Source: Eubacteriales bacterium
GTDB taxonomy: Bacteria > Bacillota > Clostridia > Oscillospirales > CAG-272
Direction of reading: 5' to 3'
Length of the DNA: 36,049 nt
NCBI GenBank assembly: GCA_045643765.1
Contig: JAZRFS010000193.1
Coordinates: 1-36,049, forward strand
In this document: one piece after another, positions 1-5,623 of the stretch
How the letters are laid out: each line of letters starts with the position of its first letter
How positions within the stretch are numbered: position 1 is the stretch's first letter
The notes under the pieces: model-generated
The model's input: the letters and a program-made list of their open reading frames with translations, nothing else
Told to the model about the DNA's origin: nothing
Databases searched by the model: none
Translations under genes and position numbers: made by a program

Positions 1-717
1 GCTGCCGATGTTGGCAAATTCCTTTGCCCCCGAGAAATCAAGCTTTGCTTTGGCAAAGACCTTGATGCCCTCTTTTGCAAGCAGAAACAGCGACACGGCA
101 AGCAGCAAGGCATTGACAATGATATTGGAATAACCGATACCGTTGACGCCGAGATTTGCCGATACGGGCAGAGTGGAAACGAGGAAGGTGTCAGACACAA
201 GGCACAGCACAAGGCGTGCGCCGGTGAGCGCATAGAGGTACTTGCTCTTGTTCACCGTCACCAGCGCGACGAGCGCAAACTGCGTAAGAATGGCAAAAAT
301 GTTGGCAATGCTTTCAATGCGTATGTAGGATGCGGATGCTGCGATGATGCTTGCATCGGTTGCCATCAGCGTGAGCAACGGCTCGGCGAAGATCAGCACA
401 ACGGCAGAAAGAACGGCGTACACACCAAGGGAAATGAGCATACCCGTGCGCACACGGTTGGAAAATTCGCTCTTGTCGTCCTTCACCTTGCCGACAAAGT
501 AGAACAACGGCAAAATGATGGCTTCGTTGAGGATCTCATAGAACAAGTTGACCCACGAGAGCTGCCCTGCGATGGAAAACGACCATTCACCGGGCAACTG
601 TCCAAGAAAGAACACGCGCACGGTGGTGTAGATCGTCGGCGCAAGCCCGAGGACGAGCAGCGCGGCGAAAAGCTTGTAGTTGATGTTTTTAAACGAGGTG
701 GTTAGTTTTTTAAACAT
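1..717 (-). CDS. MATE/MOP-family efflux transporter, N-terminal part (gene runs off the left edge of the window)
   Basis: The minus-strand frame is open from the window edge to ATG at 715-717; it is not in the ORF track because it is truncated. An AAGGAG RBS lies 7 nt upstream. My translation MFKKLTTSFKNINYKLFAALLVLGLAPTIYTTVRVFFLGQLPGEWSFSIAGQLSWVNLFYEILNEAIILPLFYF... is a series of hydrophobic helices typical of MATE N-termini. Confidence 0.7.
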   Translation of the reverse strand, partial: MFKKLTTSFKNINYKLFAALLVLGLAPTIYTTVRVFFLGQLPGEWSFSIAGQLSWVNLFYEILNEAIILPLFYFVGKVKDDKSEFSNRVRTGMLISLGVYAVLSAVVLIFAEPLLTLMATDASIIAASASYIRIESIANIFAILTQFALVALVTVNKSKYLYALTGARLVLCLVSDTFLVSTLPVSANLGVNGIGYSNIIVNALLLAVSLFLLAKEGIKVFAKAKLDFSGAKEFANIGS

Positions 718-736
718 TTTTGATCTCCTTTCAAGG

Positions 737-1072
737 TCAAAGCTCCACCACGGTCACACCGTGGTTGGAAACACGAAGCAGAGGCTCTAAATCTCGGCAT
801 TTATTTTTAAGGGCAAGGGCATCAAAATTGAACAGAGTGAAGTCCTCACCGAAGATCACCTGCTTTACCTTGCCGCCACGCTCCTGGGCTTTGAGCCATT
901 GGCGCGCCTTCTGGCAGATGGCTCCACCCTTTCCCGTGCTGCCGTAGCCATGTACGATCAGCACCACGTCGTATTTATCGCGCTTCAAGCGCGTGATAGA
1001 GTCCTGTAAATAGCGCATCGCGTCTGCCACGATGGGCATGTCCTCTTTGATGTTGATTTCGGTATATCTCAT
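737..1072 (-). CDS. Stand-alone Smr (small MutS-related) domain protein, 111 aa, divergent N-terminal motif
   Basis: The ORF track protein contains VVLIVHGYGSTGKGGAICQKARQWL (Smr HGxG core) and a C-terminal NHGVTVVEL strand, and aligns by eye to E. coli SmrB/MutS2 Smr domains. A GGAGG RBS sits directly after the upstream rSAM stop. Confidence 0.75.
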   Translation of the reverse strand: MRYTEINIKEDMPIVADAMRYLQDSITRLKRDKYDVVLIVHGYGSTGKGGAICQKARQWLKAQERGGKVKQVIFGEDFTLFNFDALALKNKCRDLEPLLRVSNHGVTVVEL

Positions 1073-1081
1073 AAATCCTCC

Positions 1082-2455
1082 TCAAAAGATGATCTCAAAT
1101 GGCAGTTTTTCGGGTTCACAACACGCCACGTCATTTTCAAATTGCTCGTACGTATATCCTCTTTCGAAATATGAGACGGATTTCACGTCATAATAATCCT
1201 TTTGCGTCATCATCAAGCGAGAAATGGCACGGCAAATCTTTTTAGCAGCTTTGCTGTCTATTTCATCACTCAAATCAAGATCCACAAAACCATGGTCGTT
1301 CACAACATACCCATCCGGCACTCTCGCACCTTGCTCAAGCAGATCTTCCAGCAATCCGCTTCCCTTGTAATACACAAGACTGCTTGCCGCAACGCCTTTG
1401 ATAAGATGCCTGTGCTTTTTTAGCCAGCGCACCGTTTCCTCAACCGTTTCATTTGTTTCTCCTGCAAAAAGCAAAATGTTAAGCTTTACCCACACGTTAT
1501 GCTTTTGACATTCTTCTAAAATTTTCAGCGCCCTTTCAAGATATTTTCCCGGGCATTTCGTTTTGTTCATTTTCAAAAGCTGTGTCGGGCTCGCACTTTC
1601 CAATCCGATATCCAATATTTTCAATCCGGTGGCGGCAAGCTTGCCAATCATTTCTATCGGAACACTTTCCACTCTTGTGGTGCAGCGCCACGAAGTGATT
1701 TTTTGGCGCTTTTTCATCTCTTTTACAAGCTCTTCGCACCACGCCTTGTTAAAATGAAAATGAGGTGCTTCGAGATAAACCGAATAATTGCCGTATAGGT
1801 TATCTAAATAGTCGAGCTCTCGCATTACACTTTGAACCGATTTGTTTTGCAAGCGCTTGTTTTTGCCATCTGCACAAAAAGCACACCCCGAGCCACAGCC
1901 GCGCGAAACTTCAATGCTCGGCTGATAAAGCTTGTAGTCAAGCAACAGCTCGTAATTCAAATGTTCAAAGCAACACGTAGCACCGTCTTCCACAAGCTCG
2001 CTCTTTTCCGGGCAAAAGCGCTCTGCCATCTTCTTTTCTCCGAAGCCCTCAATGATCTCGTCTACGTATTTCAGTTTATCTTTCACCCATTCGGCGTTAT
2101 TGTCTACGACCCAACGCCCGCCAACGATGATCTTTTTTCCGTATTTCTCCTTGGCGATCCGGCAAAATTCCGCGCACCACGTTACGGAATAGTAGCTTGG
2201 AATCGACAGCAAAAAGCACTCACATTCCTCCGATATGTCAATGCCCTCTTTTTCTATCCTTTCAAAGAGCGCTGGAGGCGATTTCTGATCTCCTTGGACA
2301 ACAAGCACATTCAGCCCCAAATTGTCGTGCAGTATGGTGGCAAGACCCAAAAGTCCGTAATTCAAGTAACGAATACGGCCTTTTATGAGGTCCGTGCCTT
2401 TTTTGTAATCATACTGCCCCGCCGACACTGCAATAATTTTCTTAATAATAGACAT
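1082..2455 (-). CDS. B12-binding-domain radical SAM protein (class B rSAM), 457 aa
   Basis: The radical SAM CX3CX2C cluster motif is present in SRGCGSGCAFCADG. The N-terminal ~140 aa form a Rossmann-like region (KKIIVGGRWV) typical of the cobalamin-binding domain. No Cys-rich SPASM/twitch tail is present. AAGGAG RBS before the ATG. Confidence 0.88.
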   Translation of the reverse strand: MSIIKKIIAVSAGQYDYKKGTDLIKGRIRYLNYGLLGLATILHDNLGLNVLVVQGDQKSPPALFERIEKEGIDISEECECFLLSIPSYYSVTWCAEFCRIAKEKYGKKIIVGGRWVVDNNAEWVKDKLKYVDEIIEGFGEKKMAERFCPEKSELVEDGATCCFEHLNYELLLDYKLYQPSIEVSRGCGSGCAFCADGKNKRLQNKSVQSVMRELDYLDNLYGNYSVYLEAPHFHFNKAWCEELVKEMKKRQKITSWRCTTRVESVPIEMIGKLAATGLKILDIGLESASPTQLLKMNKTKCPGKYLERALKILEECQKHNVWVKLNILLFAGETNETVEETVRWLKKHRHLIKGVAASSLVYYKGSGLLEDLLEQGARVPDGYVVNDHGFVDLDLSDEIDSKAAKKICRAISRLMMTQKDYYDVKSVSYFERGYTYEQFENDVACCEPEKLPFEIIF

Positions 2456-2742
2456 TTTTCTCCTTTCTCAAAATAAGCTCACTAAAATTCAACAAAGACG
2501 TTCAAATCGACAGAAGAAAAAAGCAAACCTCCTTACGACAGATTGTGAAAAGGACAAAAAAAGTCTGCAATCCTTCGATCGCAGACGCTTAATACCAAAA
2601 ATGAAGACAGCTTCCCCATTGGTTAAATGCCTGCGACAAAAAGACTCAACAAAAGCATGGTGGAGATACTGCAAAGTCTGTCAGGTTTGCAGTAGTGCCT
2701 CCCGGATTGCCGAAGCAACCGCTTAAGTCGCTATTTACTTGT
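2456..2742 (-). promoter_or_regulatory. Long structured 5' leader of the rSAM-Smr operon (riboswitch-like or attenuator, class unassigned)
   Basis: About 290 nt separate the consensus promoter from the ATG. Closing helix: GCGAC (2727-2731) pairs with GTCGC (2633-2637). It encloses a UUCG-tetraloop hairpin (2705-2720) and a 7-bp hairpin CTGCAAA/TTTGCAG (2669-2692) extended by GGAGG/TCTCC. A terminator follows. Confidence 0.55.
2556..2588 (-). terminator. Intrinsic terminator inside the rSAM 5' leader (attenuator)
   Basis: Minus strand reads GTCTGC-gatcgaaggatt-GCAGAC followed by TTTTTTT. It lies ~100 nt upstream of the rSAM ATG and downstream of the promoter. Confidence 0.7.
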
Positions 2743-2748
2743 ACACTC

Positions 2749-2777
2749 ATTATAACACGAGCTTTTCCCCTTGTCAA
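2749..2777 (-). promoter_or_regulatory. Sigma-70/SigA-type promoter of the rSAM-Smr operon
   Basis: Minus strand reads TTGACA, a 17-nt spacer and TATAAT, with an extended TGn (gTGtTATAAT). Both hexamers match the consensus perfectly. Confidence 0.75.
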
Positions 2778-2950
2778 TACACTTTTGGAAAATTATGGAA
2801 ATTTTGTCGTTCGGTAGCCTTTACAACGACTGCTACGCGTACCTAAAAGAAAAAATGTCCGTCCCTTTTCTATCATTTTTCTGACATTTTTCCAAATAAA
2901 AGGGACGAAACGGGGTGATTTTGCCCATTTTTCGGAGTAAACTGTGACGA

Positions 2951-3028
2951 GGAGGGACAATATGGCGATGGTCGAAATCTCGTAGCTGTTAACGCGGCGC
3001 GTGGGTTCAAATCCCACCTTCTCCGCCA
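2951..3028 (+). tRNA. tRNA-Ser-like gene, apparently degenerate (possible CGA anticodon; D-arm region shortened)
   Basis: The 3' two-thirds is clearly tRNA-Ser-like: variable arm GCTG-TTAACG-CGGC, T-arm GTGGG-TTCAAAT-CCCAC, acceptor 3' strand CTTCTCC, discriminator G and encoded CCA (3026-3028). The 5' strand GGAGGGA pairs only imperfectly. The anticodon stem has a mismatch and I could not fold a normal D-arm by hand. Confidence 0.45.
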
Positions 3029-3034
3029 AGCACT

Positions 3035-3071
3035 GGCGCAGCACATTTTGTGTTGCGCCTTTTGCATTTTT
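3035..3071 (+). terminator. Intrinsic terminator downstream of the tRNA-Ser-like gene
   Basis: 10-bp stem GGCGCAGCAC-atttt-GTGTTGCGCC followed by TTTTGCATTTTT. Confidence 0.8.
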
Positions 3072-3091
3072 AAGACTAGATTTTGCCCGTA

Positions 3092-3120
3092 TTTACAAAT
3101 GCTAATATATGTGCTATAAT
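3092..3120 (+). promoter_or_regulatory. Promoter of the plus-strand four-gene operon
   Basis: TTTACA, a 17-nt spacer and TATAAT with an extended TGn (gTGcTATAAT). A second, similar -10 box (TGcTACAAT) lies at 3203-3212. Confidence 0.6.
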
Positions 3121-3242
3121 AACCTTACTCCCACTCTCACTTAACTTTTTGAAACTAATAACCCAAAATACATTTTGAGTGCATTCCATTATTTTTTTGC
3201 ATGTGCTACAATTTAGACACCGACAAAACAGGAGGCCCTCAA

Positions 3243-3560
3243 ATGACAATCAAAATTCTCTGCAAAATTACCGAACAAGGCACCCATTCCTTCTTCCTGA
3301 AAAAAGATCACACGGACTACTATCTTTTTTCTCAAAATTATCGCAAAGGCGTGCACAAGTATTACGCCCGTTCCGTTCCTTTCAACGAAGCAATTGACTT
3401 CTCCAGATCTAAGCAAGACTCCGCTATACTTCGCACTATGGAGAAAATCAGAACCCATGCAAAATATGTTGAAAAGCAGTACAACATCATTATTTGTCAA
3501 AAAAGCCAAAAACGTAGAAACATTCATCCATTTGATTTCAATGATCGTTTCTATGCTTAA
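3243..3560 (+). CDS. Small conserved hypothetical protein (105 aa from the RBS-supported ATG)
   Basis: An AGGAGG RBS 7 nt upstream of ATG 3243 makes the track start at 3201 unlikely. Sequence begins MTIKILCKITEQGTHSFFLKKDHTDYYLFSQNYRKGV..., with a basic tail KSQKRRN. I recognise no domain. Confidence 0.7.
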   Translation: MTIKILCKITEQGTHSFFLKKDHTDYYLFSQNYRKGVHKYYARSVPFNEAIDFSRSKQDSAILRTMEKIRTHAKYVEKQYNIIICQKSQKRRNIHPFDFNDRFYA

Positions 3561-3572
3561 TCGGAGGAAATC

Positions 3573-4688
3573 ATGGAAATACGAAATTTCATTTATAGCT
3601 TTTCATTAGATCCTAAAGCAACGGGAAGCAAAATCAAAAATCTCAGAAAATCTAAAAAAATGACAGCCGAAAAGCTCGCAGAAACATTACTTTGCTCCGT
3701 GAAAACCGTCTCTTCCTGGGAAACTGGCACACGTTTCCCCTCCCTAGATGCACTTGTGGATCTGGCCAACCTTTTTGACATAAGTGTTCACTCTTTGATG
3801 CTTCCGTTTGATAACTGTTCAGAATCCCCCATCAAAAGCCCTAATCCTAACGATTATTCCGTTTTTGACTCCGCTTATTCAATTGGCCTGACCGACGACG
3901 AGATAACTCAAACCCTTTTTATAAGAGAAGAATATTTGATCCAACGACTGCTTTGCGATGTATTTACCAACCAAAATCAATGCGAATTGGAAGCACTCGC
4001 CTATGCGTTACAACGCACACCCGTTCGTGAACTCCCCTCCCTAAAAAATAACACCGCCGATGCTTTTTGGAAATTTAAAAAAGAGCATTTTTATCATTCA
4101 CAAACGGCATCCATATTATTTAACCGCATTCTTCGCGGCGAATGCTTTCCTAACACCTTGAACGCGATGGATCTATTTGAAAAATGCGTGTTTTTAACTA
4201 TGCTTTGCTATTTCCCCGAATTTCGGAATTGGGACTGTGCAAAGATGCTATATGAAACCGGTGCACGCTTTATAGATTGTCAATTCTCCTCCAATGCCGA
4301 AAAAATTAAGCAGTTTTCCCTTAAGAAAGAGCAAGAGCGCCTATTTAACGTTCACGCCGCCACCATTACATCCGAAGAAGAACTATTATGCTTTTGGGGC
4401 CTAGACCCACATATGAGCGAAGAACGAAAAAACAAGTGGTTGGGCTGGTTAGAGACACCGAGATATAAAGACAATCCTGATTATTATGATAAAAAAATTC
4501 TCCGCATGGTCACTGATAATTGCGGAGACCCAGAAGAACGCAAAACGTTGGCAAAATATTATTCCGTTTTTGATTTCATCATTGACACCGTGGAAAGCCT
4601 GGATGATTTTGCGAAACGCCGCGTGGAAGCAGATATGTGCTTTGAAGAATATATTGAACTTTTGTTGGAAAGAGGTGCGGTCTCATGA
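3573..4688 (+). CDS. XRE-family HTH protein with a ~300-aa uncharacterised C-terminal domain (371 aa)
   Basis: N-terminal HTH_3 signature IKNLRKSKKMTAEKLAETLLCSVKTVSSWETGTRFPSLDALVDLANLFDISVHSLM. GGAGG RBS. The stop overlaps the next start (ATGA at 4685-4688). Confidence 0.85.
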   Translation: MEIRNFIYSFSLDPKATGSKIKNLRKSKKMTAEKLAETLLCSVKTVSSWETGTRFPSLDALVDLANLFDISVHSLMLPFDNCSESPIKSPNPNDYSVFDSAYSIGLTDDEITQTLFIREEYLIQRLLCDVFTNQNQCELEALAYALQRTPVRELPSLKNNTADAFWKFKKEHFYHSQTASILFNRILRGECFPNTLNAMDLFEKCVFLTMLCYFPEFRNWDCAKMLYETGARFIDCQFSSNAEKIKQFSLKKEQERLFNVHAATITSEEELLCFWGLDPHMSEERKNKWLGWLETPRYKDNPDYYDKKILRMVTDNCGDPEERKTLAKYYSVFDFIIDTVESLDDFAKRRVEADMCFEEYIELLLERGAVS

Positions 4689-5611
4689 TAAATAAAAAAG
4701 TTTTAAGTCATATGGCAACCGGGCGATTTATCAGAGAAAAACGCACAGAGTTGAATCTCACCCAGGACGAGCTCGCGCTAAAACTCGGTATCACCAAAAA
4801 CGCCATTTCCAACTGGGAAAACGCAAACGCATTGGTAGACGTGAAGTATCTGATCCCGCTCAGCAATATTTTCAGCGTTAAAGTTGATGAGCTCCTATTT
4901 CCGAATACCCTTACCCCAAACGAAAATTCTTATTCCGATATCAGCACGCAATTCATAAAAATGACCCGCTTTGAGATCACGGATCCCAAACTGTGCAAAA
5001 AATTATTGGATATGTTTGTGGATTGCAAGATACTTCTTACCAACCTGATAAAAGAATACCAGTCCACGCGCGACGAAAAGATACTGCTTCAAATTTTACA
5101 AGAAAACAAATTCGGTTTTGGTTTCTTCCGCTTTGAAGAACCACTTGACCGCGCAGCCCTGGAAAACACTTTAGACAAAACGTTCTCCGTAGAGGACCAA
5201 TTACAAACGATATGGGAGCCCTTCTTGTCTAGTAGTCAAGCCTATGCAGAAGAAATCAATGAAAAAGGCATTCATGTCTCTCGCATTTTTTTAGATGAAG
5301 ATTATGTATACAATTATATAGAAACAAAAGACGGACGCGGACACGGCATGTCTTCCAACATCGCTATGGCAAACTTTATCTTTGATTTTGGCAACGAACG
5401 AATTTTCAGAAAATTCATCTCCACTTTCAGCCAAAAATACAAAAATGACATTCTGTTTAATTTGCATTATTTCATTAAAGAAACCAGAACTCATGCAATT
5501 CCCACTCACCAGGAACGCAAGGCCATGAAATATCTGCTTCGTGCCGGAGCAGAGCTTTGGGTAGACGGCGAAAATCAAACAAAGAAGCTTATGCTGTACG
5601 TGTTCAATTAG
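4685..5611 (+). CDS. XRE-family HTH protein with a ~240-aa uncharacterised C-terminal domain (308 aa)
   Basis: HTH_3 signature IREKRTELNLTQDELALKLGITKNAISNWENANALVDVKYLIPLSNIFSVKVDELL. Translationally coupled to the upstream XRE gene. Confidence 0.85.
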   Translation: MINKKVLSHMATGRFIREKRTELNLTQDELALKLGITKNAISNWENANALVDVKYLIPLSNIFSVKVDELLFPNTLTPNENSYSDISTQFIKMTRFEITDPKLCKKLLDMFVDCKILLTNLIKEYQSTRDEKILLQILQENKFGFGFFRFEEPLDRAALENTLDKTFSVEDQLQTIWEPFLSSSQAYAEEINEKGIHVSRIFLDEDYVYNYIETKDGRGHGMSSNIAMANFIFDFGNERIFRKFISTFSQKYKNDILFNLHYFIKETRTHAIPTHQERKAMKYLLRAGAELWVDGENQTKKLMLYVFN

Positions 5612-5623
5612 GAGTTATGGTAC

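Noticed and set aside
1832-2476. 214-aa plus-strand ORF inside the rSAM gene, and smaller ORFs at 1202-1423, 1563-1757, 1765-1980 and 2197-2388
   Set aside because: They are antisense or out of frame relative to a gene with a clear radical SAM motif and RBS. They have no RBS and low-complexity products.
2489-2674. 61-aa ORF within the rSAM leader as a possible leader peptide or RiPP precursor
   Set aside because: It has a TTG start without an RBS, runs through the terminator hairpin, and has an implausible Phe/Arg/Cys-rich sequence. The AAGGAGG at 2530-2537 has no start codon at usable spacing.
2456-2742. Calling the rSAM leader a cobalamin riboswitch because the enzyme has a B12-binding domain
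   Set aside because: I could not find the B12 box (AGCCxGGAGACCTGCC-like) or the GGTGxxAAxTCC element; only weak resemblances are present (GCAATCCGGGAGGCACTACTG, GGGAAGC). It is left unassigned pending a covariance-model search.
2795-2884. 29-aa ORF MEILSFGSLYNDCYAYLKEKMSVPFLSFF, divergent from the rSAM promoter, as a possible rSAM substrate peptide
   Set aside because: There is no convincing RBS (only GGAA) and no leader/core organisation, and the rSAM lacks the SPASM/RRE features of peptide maturases. It is worth a quick look in homologous loci, but the sequence alone does not support it.
2934-3028. A full-length 95-nt class-II tRNA-Ser starting at GGAGTAA (2934)
   Set aside because: The acceptor pairing is only 5/7. 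Six nt separate the putative 3-bp D-stem from the anticodon stem where 1 nt is expected, and the anticodon stem remains mismatched. I also considered tRNA-Sec and tmRNA, but the anticodon and 3' end do not fit.
2793-3067. Minus-strand ORFs 2793-3044 (83 aa) and 2873-3067 (64 aa)
   Set aside because: They run antisense across the tRNA-like gene and its terminator. The ...KVGFEPTRR... peptide is the classic translation of an antisense tRNA T-arm. There is no RBS.
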